A stretch of DNA of 64,000 nucleotides from Croceibacterium sp. (lineage in GTDB: Bacteria > Pseudomonadota > Alphaproteobacteria > Sphingomonadales > Sphingomonadaceae): assembly GCA_039920725.1 (NCBI GenBank), contig JBDSDC010000145.1:14080-78079 (forward strand), read 5' to 3'. Shown piece by piece: positions 29,181 through 38,366 of the stretch. How positions within the stretch are numbered: position 1 is the first letter of the stretch; each line of letters opens with the position of its first letter. The notes beneath the pieces are model-generated. The model was not told the origin of the DNA. It saw nothing but the letters and a program-made list of their open reading frames with translations, and searched no databases. The translations under genes and the position numbers were made by a program.

Positions 29181-29225
29181 AGCTGTCTGAAGTCGAGCGC
29201 TTCTTTTCGCACTTGCAGCATAAAG

Positions 29226-29567
29226 TCAATTCAGGGTTCCCGGCAAATCGATGAACCGTTCTGCTTGTGGGATATCCAGTTCCACGATCCACAGATCGCT
29301 GTCCTGCGAGCGCCGTCGATCCAAATATTCCGAGAATTCCGATTTATTTTCAGCATCTTGAGCGCGAGACAGGGTCCATTCACGGGTTCCATCCGGTTGC
29401 GGCATACGTTCGTATGCTGTGGCGGCGCGCCCTCTGTCGCAACAAACGACAAGGATCGTGCCCGCGTCGCGCTCACCTCTTGCGAGCACTGTTGCGAATC
29501 CCCCGGCGGCCTCGACCGCGCGAATCAGCCCGCCGACTTCGAGATGGGCGGGAATTCGCGCGTCCAT
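29226..29567 (-). CDS. DUF1491-family protein
   Basis: GGFATVLARGERDAGTI; DSDLWIVE. Confidence 0.8.
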   Translation of the reverse strand: MDARIPAHLEVGGLIRAVEAAGGFATVLARGERDAGTILVVCCDRGRAATAYERMPQPDGTREWTLSRAQDAENKSEFSEYLDRRRSQDSDLWIVELDIPQAERFIDLPGTLN

Positions 29568-29569
29568 GA

Positions 29570-30040
29570 CTAGGCTTTGTACCCGGCCAGTCCCGACAGC
29601 GCGATGTGCGAGCGCAGGAATGTGCCGGTGCCGCGGCCGATTTCATCGCCCTCGGCATCGATCAGCCTGGCTTCGGCGATGAACACCCGCCGGCGGCCGC
29701 TGATCCACCGCCCTTCCGCGCGCACAGGGCCGCGCCGAACCGGCTTGGTGAAGTGAAGATTGAACGCGGTCGTCAGCAGGAAGCGGTCGGTGACGAGCGA
29801 ATTGGCCGCATAGAACGCCGCATCGTCGAGCATCTTGAAATAGACGGTACCATGCGCGGCGCCGGCGGCATGGTGGAGGTGATCGCCGATCTCGAATTCG
29901 ATCGCCGAGCGGCCGGCGGCCGGAATCGTCAGGCGCGAAGTGAACAGCCGGTTGACCGGCGCCGACGCGTATAGCGATTCGAGCGCGCGGAAATGAAGCT
30001 CCGCGCCCCCGGGGTCAGGCAGCGTCGCGGTCCGAGGCAT
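29570..30040 (-). CDS. PaaI-family thioesterase
   Basis: HHAAGAAHG.VYFKMLDDA hotdog motif. Confidence 0.87.
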   Translation of the reverse strand: MPRTATLPDPGGAELHFRALESLYASAPVNRLFTSRLTIPAAGRSAIEFEIGDHLHHAAGAAHGTVYFKMLDDAAFYAANSLVTDRFLLTTAFNLHFTKPVRRGPVRAEGRWISGRRRVFIAEARLIDAEGDEIGRGTGTFLRSHIALSGLAGYKA

Positions 30041-30476
30041 TGCTCAGCAGCCCATAGAGCGCTTCGGCATCGGGCGCGTCGCTCAAGGCATCGTGGATCC
30101 GCTCGTCACGGACCAGGCGCGAGATCGCCGCCAGCGCGTGCAAGTGCGTGGCGCCGCTGTTCTCCGGCGACAGCAAGCCGAACACCAGATCGACCGGCAT
30201 GCCGTCGGCGGCGGCGAAATCGACCGGCTGGCGCAACTTGAGGAGGACCGCCACCGGCCGGTTGATTCCGGGCACCCGCGCGTGGGGGATCGCCACCCCG
30301 CGCCCGAACCCGGTGCTGCCGAGCCGTTCGCGCTCTTCGAGTTGCTCCAGCACGGTGGCGGGATCGAGGTTCCAGCCTTTCGCGAACAGCTCGCTCAGGC
30401 GCGTCAGGATCGCCGGCTTGTCGGCCGCCACGCCAATGGCGACGGCTTCCGGCTTGGTCAGGTAGAGAGCACCCAT
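30015..30476 (-). CDS. ptsN: PTS EIIA-Ntr
   Basis: ERERLGSTGFGRGVAIPHAR; PVDLVF.L; HL.ALA. Confidence 0.92.
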   Translation of the reverse strand: MGALYLTKPEAVAIGVAADKPAILTRLSELFAKGWNLDPATVLEQLEERERLGSTGFGRGVAIPHARVPGINRPVAVLLKLRQPVDFAAADGMPVDLVFGLLSPENSGATHLHALAAISRLVRDERIHDALSDAPDAEALYGLLSNASDRDAA

Positions 30477-30583
30477 CAGCAACGGCCCTTATTCACAAGT
30501 CAGCCTGTTCGATGCTCCGCGCAAGCGGAGCCGCCAGGCACTTTCTCCCAGGAGATGAGGAGCATTATCGCGGGGTCCCGCGA

Positions 30584-31147
30584 TCAGGACGGTTCGACCC
30601 ACCCGATCGACCCGTCGTCGCGGCGATACACCATATTATGCCGCTGGGTTCCAGCGTTTTTGAAGAACAGCGCGTTGGTGTGGCGCAAGTCGAGCATCAT
30701 CACCGCGTCTGCCACGCTGCACTCGGGAATGTCGGTGCGCGTTTCGGCGATCACCGCGGGGGCATCGGGCGCCTCCTCGGCTTCGGGCTCACCGGCGTCG
30801 AACACGGTGTATGCCGCTTCCTCCTGCTGCTGCGCGTGCCCGGTCTGCTCGTGGCGGTCCTTGATCCGGCGCTTATAGCGGCGGAGCTGCTTTTCGACTT
30901 TGTCGGCCGCTTGGTCGAACGCGAGGTGCGCGTCCTGCGCCTGGCCGCGGCTCTTGAGCACCAGTCCGTGATTGACATGGAGCACGATGTCGCACGCGAA
31001 CGCGCTGTTGGGCGCCTTGCCGAAAGTGACCTGCGAGGACATCGCGCGGCTGAAGTATTTGTCGCTGATCCCGGTGAGGCGGTCCGAGGCGTGATCCTGC
31101 AAGGCCGCACCAGTGTCCAATTGGTGGCCGGAGACGCGGATATCCAT
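30584..31147 (-). CDS. hpf: Ribosome hibernation factor (long HPF/RaiA)
   Basis: MDIRVSG; KVEKQLRRYKRR; VYRRDDGSIGW. Confidence 0.93.
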   Translation of the reverse strand: MDIRVSGHQLDTGAALQDHASDRLTGISDKYFSRAMSSQVTFGKAPNSAFACDIVLHVNHGLVLKSRGQAQDAHLAFDQAADKVEKQLRRYKRRIKDRHEQTGHAQQQEEAAYTVFDAGEPEAEEAPDAPAVIAETRTDIPECSVADAVMMLDLRHTNALFFKNAGTQRHNMVYRRDDGSIGWVEPS

Positions 31148-31198
31148 GAGTGAGAGTTCTCCTTCTGGTCAATTAGGCCGGATCGGCGGACTTCCCGG

Positions 31199-31882
31199 TC
31201 ACTGCATCCAGAGCGGTGAGTCCAACGTTTCCACAAAAGCTTTGTGCCGGGCAAGTTCGTCAGGATTGGGGCCATGCGGGCGAGCCGGGCGAAAGACGCC
31301 GATACGGGGCTTGAATCCGATAACCCCAACCACCCCCGCGCCGCTGTCGGCGGACAGCGCCAGCCCGATCTGCAGTCCTCCCGTCAGCTCGACATAGACT
31401 TGCGCGAGGAGCTCTGCATCGAGCAGCGCGCCGTGGAGCACCCGGTGGCTGCGATCGATCCCATAGCGCGCGCACAGCGCGTCGAGCGAATGTTTGGCCC
31501 CCGGATGTCGCCGCCGAGCGATCGCCAAGGTATCGATCATCCGGTCGAGCGATACTGACGGGTGCCCGCACAGCCCGAGCTCGTAATTGAGGAAGCCGAA
31601 GTCGAACTGGGCGTTGTGCGCCACCAGCGGCGCATCGGCGATGAATTCGAGCAATTCGAGCGCATGCTCGTCGAACTTGGCCTTGGCGGCGAGGAACACG
31701 TCGGTCAGCCCGTGAATCCGCTCGGCCTCGATCGGCATCGGCCGGCACGGGTTGAAATAGGCGTGATAGGTGCGCCCGGTAGGAACCCGGTTGACCATTT
31801 CGAGGCAGCCGATCTCGACCATCCGGTCGCCGCTCTGGGGGTCGATGCCGGTGGTTTCGGTGTCGAACACGATCTCGCGCAT
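31199..31882 (-). CDS. dnaQ: DNA polymerase III epsilon subunit
   Basis: VFDTETTG; VAHNAQFD; HGALLDA. Confidence 0.95.
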   Translation of the reverse strand: MREIVFDTETTGIDPQSGDRMVEIGCLEMVNRVPTGRTYHAYFNPCRPMPIEAERIHGLTDVFLAAKAKFDEHALELLEFIADAPLVAHNAQFDFGFLNYELGLCGHPSVSLDRMIDTLAIARRRHPGAKHSLDALCARYGIDRSHRVLHGALLDAELLAQVYVELTGGLQIGLALSADSGAGVVGVIGFKPRIGVFRPARPHGPNPDELARHKAFVETLDSPLWMQ

Positions 31883-31921
31883 CGGCGGATCAATGCGCCT
31901 GCGCCCGCGTGCTGACAAGGG

Positions 31922-32512
31922 CTAGCGGGCAAGCTTCTCCACGAGCGCCGCGACCTGCCGTTCGGTCTCGCCAAGCGGCGCCCCGGTATCAATGAGATAA
32001 TCGGCCCGGGCGCGCTTTTCGGCGTCGGGCATTTGCAACGCGAGGATCCGGGCCAGACGTTCCGGCGTCATCCCGGGGCGGGCCAGGACACGCTCGCGCT
32101 GGATCTCGGCCGGAGCTGAAACGACCACCACTGCGTCTACTTCTTCGCTGCCGCCCTTCTCGAACAGCAATGGAATATCGAGCACCACCAGCGGCGCGTC
32201 GATATGGGCTTGAAGGAATTTCCCGCGCGCGCGGCGCACCGCCGGATGGACGATCGCCTCCAACCGCGCGAGCGCTTGTGGATCGTCGAACACCGCCGCG
32301 GAGAGCTTCGCGCGGTCGACTCCGGCGATGCTGGTAGTGCCCGAGAACGCGGCCTCGATCGCCGGCAGCATCGCGCCGCCCGGCCCTTGCATGCGGTGCA
32401 CTTCGGCGTCGGCGTCGAACACCGGCACGCCCAGCCTGGCGAAAATCGCCGCGACCGCCGACTTGCCCATCCCGATCGAGCCGGTGAGCCCGAGGACGAA
32501 CGGCTTGCTCAC
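31922..32512 (-). CDS. coaE: Dephospho-CoA kinase
   Basis: GLTGSIGMGKS; LE.IVHP; DIPLLFE. Confidence 0.95.
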   Translation of the reverse strand: MSKPFVLGLTGSIGMGKSAVAAIFARLGVPVFDADAEVHRMQGPGGAMLPAIEAAFSGTTSIAGVDRAKLSAAVFDDPQALARLEAIVHPAVRRARGKFLQAHIDAPLVVLDIPLLFEKGGSEEVDAVVVVSAPAEIQRERVLARPGMTPERLARILALQMPDAEKRARADYLIDTGAPLGETERQVAALVEKLAR

Positions 32513-33330
32513 GAGGTCAACAAGGCCCGCAGCTCGGCATCGTGCTCGCGCGGGGCGGGCGCCTTGAAGAAGGCCTGGAAGCCGGCCGACGCCTGAGCAA
32601 TCAACATCGACAAGCCGTCCACCGTCCTGAGTCCGCGCGCCCGAGCCTCGCGCAGCAAGGCGGTTTCCAAGGGACTATAAATCGTCTCGAAGACGATTGC
32701 GTCTGACGACAGGCTGTCCAGCGATAAAGGGAATTCGGGGAAGCCGGTCATGCCCAGGGGGGTCGCGTTGACCAGGAGATTGGCCAGCGGAAGGGGACTG
32801 CCAATCAGCATCGGCCTGGCGTGAACACCGCGATAGTCCTTGGTGACCACTGCCATCTTGGCCTCATCGCGCATGACGATATGGATCGGCGCGTAGCCGA
32901 GCGCCGACAGCGCCCACATCGCCGAAAAGAGAACGCCGCCCGATCCGACGACGATCGCCGGTCCGCGCGGGGCAGGTTGCCCTTGGAGGATGGCGTTCAG
33001 AGGCTCGAGCAGACCAAGAGTGTCGGAGTTCACCCCCTCGATCTGCCCGCGAAGCGGTACCGCGATATTGATCGGCTCGATCGGGAAGCTGGGGTCGCGA
33101 TGCTTGTGAACGAACTCCAGCGCGGCGATCTTGTGCGGCATTGTGATGTTGCAGCCGCGCCAGTCCGGATCGCGCGCGCGTGCGCTGAAGTATTCGCCGA
33201 GTTCGCCCACTCGGACCAGACAGCGGCGATAATCCCCCTCGATCCCCAGCTTGCCGAGCCAGAAATTGTGGATCGCGGGAGACTTCGACTGGGCGATGGG
33301 ATCGCCGATCACTTCGGCGTAAGGCGTCAT
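32509..33330 (-). CDS. aroE: Shikimate dehydrogenase (divergent core)
   Basis: IGDPIAQSKSP; NITMPHK; NSD; VNATPLGM; GLSML..Q; maf-aroE-coaE synteny. Confidence 0.85.
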   Translation of the reverse strand: MTPYAEVIGDPIAQSKSPAIHNFWLGKLGIEGDYRRCLVRVGELGEYFSARARDPDWRGCNITMPHKIAALEFVHKHRDPSFPIEPINIAVPLRGQIEGVNSDTLGLLEPLNAILQGQPAPRGPAIVVGSGGVLFSAMWALSALGYAPIHIVMRDEAKMAVVTKDYRGVHARPMLIGSPLPLANLLVNATPLGMTGFPEFPLSLDSLSSDAIVFETIYSPLETALLREARARGLRTVDGLSMLIAQASAGFQAFFKAPAPREHDAELRALLTS

Positions 33331-33905
33331 GACGGCAGCTCGCCGAGCGCCCGAAGCGCGCGCATCACCTCGAACAGCGGCATGCCCAAGACGGTGAAAT
33401 TGTCGCCGTCGATCGACTCGAACAGCTGCACGCCCAGTCCTTCGATGCGGAACACCCCGACGCACTGGCTGACCTCGGGCCATTCGGCGACCAGGTAAGT
33501 CTCGATAAAGGCGTCCGACAGCTCGCGGACCTTGAGATAGGCGACCGACACGTGGCTCCACCGGAGCGCTCCGTCGAGCGCGAGCGCCGCCGCCGAGTGG
33601 AGCGCCATGGTCTTGCCCGAGAAGAACCGCAAATGCTCGGCCGCTTGGGCGCGGCTGGCGGGCTTGTTGAACCGCACGCCTTCGACCGCGACCACCGAAT
33701 CGCTGCCCAGCACCGGCCGCCCGCCGCCATCGACCGAACAGGCCTTGGCCTGGGCAAGCGCGAGGGCCAGGTCGCCCGGTCCGACCGCGTACATCTCGGC
33801 CTCTAGCGCGCGTTCGTCGAGATTGGCCGGGCGCGTCTCGAACGCCACGCCCGCCGCGGCGAGCATCGCCCGGCGCGAGGCGCTCTTGGAGGCCAGCACG
33901 ATCAT
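33327..33905 (-). CDS. maf: Maf-family nucleotide pyrophosphatase
   Basis: VLASKSASR; KA; GSDSVV; KP; VLGMPL. Confidence 0.93.
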   Translation of the reverse strand: MIVLASKSASRRAMLAAAGVAFETRPANLDERALEAEMYAVGPGDLALALAQAKACSVDGGGRPVLGSDSVVAVEGVRFNKPASRAQAAEHLRFFSGKTMALHSAAALALDGALRWSHVSVAYLKVRELSDAFIETYLVAEWPEVSQCVGVFRIEGLGVQLFESIDGDNFTVLGMPLFEVMRALRALGELPS

Positions 33906-33915
33906 GCTTGCGGCG

Positions 33916-34761
33916 TCATATCGGTTTGGCGCCGTCCATGCCCGGCTGCGCGGGTCCGACCCGTTCAGCGTGCAACTTCATCACCGCAGCCGCGGTTTCC
34001 TCGATCGAGCGGCGGGTGACGTCGATCACCGGCCACCCGTTGTCGGAGAAGATGCGCCGGGCAAAAGCCACTTCTCGCTCGACCTCTTCGCCATCGACAT
34101 AAGCGGTTTCGGCGGTCTCGTTGAGCGACAGAAGCCGGTTGCGGCGAATCTCGATCAGCCGGCGCGGAGCGGTGGTCAGCCCAACCACCAGCGGATAGTG
34201 CAAGCTGTACAACAAGGGCGGCGGCGGGCTCTCGATCACGAGCGGGATATTGGCCACTTTGTAGCCGCGGTTGGCGAGATAGATGCTGGTCGGCGTCTTC
34301 GAGGTCCGCGACACCCCGGTGAGGACGATATCGGCCTGCTCCCAGTTTTCCCAATTGGCCCCGTCGTCATGCGCGATGGTGAAATGAATCGCATCGACGC
34401 GCGCGAAATAGGCCTCATCCATCGCGTGCTGGCGGCCCGGGCGGCCCTTCGCTTCCTGGCCGAGCCGGTCCTCGAGCGCGGCGGTCACGGTGTCGAGCGG
34501 GGCGACATGCGGCAGCCCGAGCGCGCGGCACCGTTCCTCGAGCCTGACTCGGGTCTCCGCGTTGACCAGTGTGTAGAGCACCAGCCCGGGATTCGCCGCC
34601 AGGTCCTGGACGATCCGGTCGAGATGCTGCTGCGAGCGGACCATCGGCCAGAAGTGCCTGACGACCTGGGCGTCATCGAACTGCGCCAGGGCAGCCTTGG
34701 CGAGCATCTCGAGCGTCTCGCCGGTCGAATCCGACAACAAGTGGAGGTGAAGCTGGGTCAT
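33916..34761 (-). CDS. ppsR: Pyruvate, water dikinase regulatory protein (kinase/pyrophosphorylase)
   Basis: LSDSTGET; HDDG; GVSRTSKTPTSIYLA; SIEETA; start ATG 34761. This is the DUF299-type protein, not photosynthetic PpsR. Confidence 0.92.
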   Translation of the reverse strand: MTQLHLHLLSDSTGETLEMLAKAALAQFDDAQVVRHFWPMVRSQQHLDRIVQDLAANPGLVLYTLVNAETRVRLEERCRALGLPHVAPLDTVTAALEDRLGQEAKGRPGRQHAMDEAYFARVDAIHFTIAHDDGANWENWEQADIVLTGVSRTSKTPTSIYLANRGYKVANIPLVIESPPPPLLYSLHYPLVVGLTTAPRRLIEIRRNRLLSLNETAETAYVDGEEVEREVAFARRIFSDNGWPVIDVTRRSIEETAAAVMKLHAERVGPAQPGMDGAKPI

Positions 34762-35061
34762 GTGGACAAGCGCCGGCATAAACCACGGGAGGGGAGGCCG
34801 GACAAGTTCGGGACAAGATTCCGCCCCCATTGCCAGCCGATTCGGGCTGGGTTCGGCCAACAGCGTGGGTGATCTATCGACAGGCTGGGGATTGCGGGGA
34901 GAAGCTGTGCTTGACTCACGCTTCGTGCGGATTCGCCCGCTAACGCGGACCTGTTCAGGCCGGGAGAAATACGGCAAGGAGCCGCTCTCCCCAGTCTCCA
35001 CAGGGCCAACAGACTCCTAAATCCTATTTAAAAATACTTATTTATTTGATTGGAATCCTCG
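34761..35061. other. Chromosomal replication origin (oriC)
   Basis: Classic alphaproteobacterial position between the DUF299 gene and hemE; degenerate DnaA boxes (TGTGGACAA 34761, CTATCGACA 34874, GTCTCCACA 34994); six GANTC sites; AT-rich stretch 35017-35050. Confidence 0.82.
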
Positions 35062-36087
35062 ATGCCCGGTCTTTTGCTGGAAACTTTGCAAGGGCATTCG
35101 GGTTCCCAGAGGCCCGTGTGGCTGATGCGCCAGGCCGGCCGCTATCTGCCCGAATACCGCGCGCTGCGGGCGCGCCAGGGCGGGTTTCTCGAGCTGGTCT
35201 ACGACAGCCAGGCCGCGGCCGAGATCACGCTCCAGCCAATCCGCCGGTTCGGGTTCGACGGCGCGATCCTGTTTTCCGACATCCTGGTGATTCCGCATGC
35301 GCTGGGACAGGACCTAGCGTTCCTCGAAGGCGAGGGACCCCATCTCTCCCCGCCGCTGGTCGACAAGGCGCTCAGCGGGCTTGAGCGGGCACCTAAGCGG
35401 CTCTTGCCGATCTACAACACGGTACGCCAGGTGCGCGACCAGCTTGGCACCGCAACCACGCTGCTCGGCTTCGCGGGCAGCCCGTGGACCGTCGCGACTT
35501 ACATGATCGCCGGCCAGGGCAGCCGCGACCAGCAAGCCGCGCGATTGATGGGCTATCGCGACCCTGCGGCGGTGCAGGCGATCGTCGAGGCGATTGTCGC
35601 GCTGACGATAGAGTATCTGTGCGGCCAGATCGAAGCCGGGGCCGAGGCGGTGCAATTATTCGACAGTTGGGCGGGCAGTCTCGCCCCGGCCGAGTTTGAG
35701 CGCTGGGTGATTGCCCCCACCGCCGCCATCGTGGCGGGCGTCAGGGCGCGGTATCCGCGCGTCCCGATCATCGGCTTTCCAAAGGGCGCCGGTGCCAGGC
35801 TGCCGGCTTATGCGCGTGAAACCGCGGTCGATGCGGTTGGGCTCGACGAGACGGTCGACCCGGTGTGGGCCAATGCAACGCTGCCCGAAGGGCTGCCCGT
35901 TCAGGGCAATCTCGACCCGCTGCTGCTGCTCGCCGGCGGCGAGGGGCTTGAGCCGGCGGCGCGGGGCATCCTCGAGGCCTTCGCCGGTCGGCCGCACGTG
36001 TTCAATCTCGGTCATGGGATCGACAAGGAAACCCCCATCGCACACGTCGAACGCCTGCTGGCCGCGGTGCGCGGCTGGCGGGGATGA
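35062..36087 (+). CDS. hemE: Uroporphyrinogen decarboxylase
   Basis: PVWLMRQAGRYLPEY; FSDIL; GFAGSPWT; QGNLDP; NLGHG. Confidence 0.97.
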   Translation: MPGLLLETLQGHSGSQRPVWLMRQAGRYLPEYRALRARQGGFLELVYDSQAAAEITLQPIRRFGFDGAILFSDILVIPHALGQDLAFLEGEGPHLSPPLVDKALSGLERAPKRLLPIYNTVRQVRDQLGTATTLLGFAGSPWTVATYMIAGQGSRDQQAARLMGYRDPAAVQAIVEAIVALTIEYLCGQIEAGAEAVQLFDSWAGSLAPAEFERWVIAPTAAIVAGVRARYPRVPIIGFPKGAGARLPAYARETAVDAVGLDETVDPVWANATLPEGLPVQGNLDPLLLLAGGEGLEPAARGILEAFAGRPHVFNLGHGIDKETPIAHVERLLAAVRGWRG

Positions 36088-36121
36088 CGCGCCGCCGCTC
36101 GCCCGCTAAAGCTGGTCCCCC

Positions 36122-36565
36122 ATGCAGGACGTGCTCCAAGTGACTTACTACTGGCTCAAGGCCGGCCACATCATTTTCGTGATATTCTGGATGGCCGGGC
36201 TGTTCATGCTTCCCAGGCTGTTCGTCTATCACCAGGAGTGCGAGCCCGGATCGCCCGAGAACGCCCGCTGGATCGCGCGCGAACGCAAGCTGATCTCGAT
36301 CATCATGAACCCGTCGGTGGCAGTGGTGTGGATTCTGGGAATGTCGCTGGTGTTCGCCGCCAATGCGTGGGATTCGGGCTGGCTATGGGCCAAGCTCGGC
36401 CTTGTCGCGGGGCTGACTTATTACCATGTCTATCTCGTCCAGTACGCCTGGAAGCTCGAGCGGGGCGAACGGCGATTGTCGGGCAAGGCCTTGAGACTGC
36501 TCAACGAAGTCCCCGGCGTGGCGGTCGCGCTGATCGTTGTCCTGGTGGTGGTGAAGCCGTTTTAG
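36122..36565 (+). CDS. hemJ: Protoporphyrinogen oxidase HemJ
   Basis: K..H..FVIFWMAGLF.LPRLFVYH; NEVP; VVKPF. Confidence 0.9.
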   Translation: MQDVLQVTYYWLKAGHIIFVIFWMAGLFMLPRLFVYHQECEPGSPENARWIARERKLISIIMNPSVAVVWILGMSLVFAANAWDSGWLWAKLGLVAGLTYYHVYLVQYAWKLERGERRLSGKALRLLNEVPGVAVALIVVLVVVKPF

Positions 36566-36587
36566 TTTCGCCTCGTCGTTTCTCGAA

Positions 36588-36616
36588 TTGACGCCTTCGC
36601 CGCGAGCCCATATCTG
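36588..36616 (+). promoter_or_regulatory. rho promoter
   Basis: TTGACG-N17-TATCTG. Confidence 0.55.
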
Positions 36617-36720
36617 GGCGCAACTTCCGGCACAGGCCGCCGCACCGAGCGGCCGGGTCTCGCTTTCTCCAAGCCCTTGTGACCCGCCGGCTACCTACCC
36701 ACAGCGGAAACCCATCTCCC

Positions 36721-37977
36721 ATGCATCTAAAAGAGCTCAAGAAGCGCACGCCGGCCGCGCTGGTCGAAATGGCCGAGGAATACGGCGTCGAAGGCGCCAG
36801 TACGATGCGCCGGCAGGACCTGATGTTCGCCATCCTCAAGGAAGTGGCCGAGGACGGCGAGGAAATCGTCGGCCAGGGCACGATCGAAGTGCTGCTCGAC
36901 GGATTCGGCTTCCTGCGCAGCCCGGAAGCGAATTATCTTGCCGGCCCGGACGACATCTACGTCTCGCCCAACCAGGTCCGTAAAGCTGGCCTCAGGACCG
37001 GCGACACGGTCGAAGGCGAGATTCGCGCGCCCAAGGACGGCGAGCGCTATTTCGCGCTGACCAAGCTCAGCACGGTCAACTTCGACGATCCCGATGCGGT
37101 GCGTCACCGGACCAACTTCGACAACCTGACGCCGCTCTACCCCGACGAGCGGCTCAATCTCGACACCAGCGATCCGACGGTCAAGGACAAGTCCGCCCGG
37201 GTGATCGACCTGATCAGCCCGCAGGGCAAAGGCCAGCGCGCGCTGATCGTTGCCCCGCCGCGGACCGGCAAGACCGTGCTGCTGCAGAACATCGCCAAGG
37301 CGATCACCGACAATCACCCGGAGGTGTTCCTGATCGTCCTGCTGGTCGACGAGCGGCCCGAGGAAGTCACCGACATGCAGCGCAGCGTGAAGGGCGAGGT
37401 CGTGTCCTCGACTTTCGACGAGCCGGCGACCCGCCACGTCCAGGTTGCCGAAATGGTGATCGAAAAGGCCAAGCGGCTGGTCGAGCACAAGCGCGACGTG
37501 GTGATCCTGCTCGATTCGATCACCCGCCTCGGACGCGCCTACAACACCGTGGTCCCGAGCAGCGGCAAGGTGCTGACCGGCGGGGTCGACGCCAACGCGC
37601 TGCAGCGGCCCAAGCGCTTCTTCGGCGCGGCGCGCAATATCGAGGAAGGCGGCAGTCTGTCGATCATCGCCACCGCGCTGATCGATACCGGCAGCCGCAT
37701 GGACGAGGTCATCTTCGAAGAGTTCAAGGGAACCGGCAACTCCGAGATCGTGCTCGACCGCAAGGTGTCCGACAAGCGCATCTTCCCCTCGCTCGACGTC
37801 GGCAAGTCCGGCACCCGCAAGGAAGAGTTGCTGGTCAGCAAGGACCAGCTCAGCAAGATGTGGGTCCTGCGCCGCATCCTGATGCAGATGGGCACGATCG
37901 ACGCGATGGAGTTCCTGCTCGACAAGATGAAGGATTCCAAGTCGAACGAAGACTTCTTCGCGGCGATGAATCAGTAG
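36721..37977 (+). CDS. rho: Transcription termination factor Rho
   Basis: DGFGFLRS; DDIYVSP; APPRTGKT; [10 protein letters not shown]; EEFKGTGN; SGTRKEELL. Confidence 0.98.
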   Translation: MHLKELKKRTPAALVEMAEEYGVEGASTMRRQDLMFAILKEVAEDGEEIVGQGTIEVLLDGFGFLRSPEANYLAGPDDIYVSPNQVRKAGLRTGDTVEGEIRAPKDGERYFALTKLSTVNFDDPDAVRHRTNFDNLTPLYPDERLNLDTSDPTVKDKSARVIDLISPQGKGQRALIVAPPRTGKTVLLQNIAKAITDNHPEVFLIVLLVDERPEEVTDMQRSVKGEVVSSTFDEPATRHVQVAEMVIEKAKRLVEHKRDVVILLDSITRLGRAYNTVVPSSGKVLTGGVDANALQRPKRFFGAARNIEEGGSLSIIATALIDTGSRMDEVIFEEFKGTGNSEIVLDRKVSDKRIFPSLDVGKSGTRKEELLVSKDQLSKMWVLRRILMQMGTIDAMEFLLDKMKDSKSNEDFFAAMNQ

Positions 37978-38014
37978 CCGATTTCCGCGCGGAGAACTGT
38001 GTAGGCCAGCTAAG

Positions 38015-38037
38015 CAAAGTCGTGCAGCGCGACTTTG
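38015..38037 (+). terminator. Hairpin downstream of rho
   Basis: CAAAGTCGTG-CAG-CGCGACTTTG; weak U-tract. Confidence 0.4.
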
Positions 38038-38103
38038 AATGGCTCATATGCCGGTGGCGATCGGCAGGCGATGCGGCCCCACCGACTACAAGGAGGCACT
38101 CCG

Positions 38104-38361
38104 ATGAAGGTCAATGTCGAGATCGAATGCTCGCCTGAAGAGGCGCGCCGGTTCATGGGCCTGCCCGATGTCGAGAAGGCCAACGCGGTCTATGTCGATG
38201 CCTTCGCCAAGGCGATGCAGGGCGCGGACAGCGTCGACAAGATGCAGGAATACGCCCAACAACTCGCCCCGATGGGTCAAATGGGCCTGAAGATGTTCCA
38301 GAGCTTCGTCGAAGGCGCGCGCAAGGCCGGCGAATCCGGCGGCGGCAAGTCCGACGCCTGA
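38104..38361 (+). CDS. DUF6489-like small protein
   Basis: AAGGAGG SD; MKVNVEIECSPEEARRFMGLPDV. Confidence 0.8.
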   Translation: MKVNVEIECSPEEARRFMGLPDVEKANAVYVDAFAKAMQGADSVDKMQEYAQQLAPMGQMGLKMFQSFVEGARKAGESGGGKSDA

Positions 38362-38366
38362 GGGCC

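Noticed and set aside
29205-29222. TGCTGCAAGTGCGAAA as a PhaR-like box
   Set aside because: Spacing deviates from the expected pattern; single weak instance
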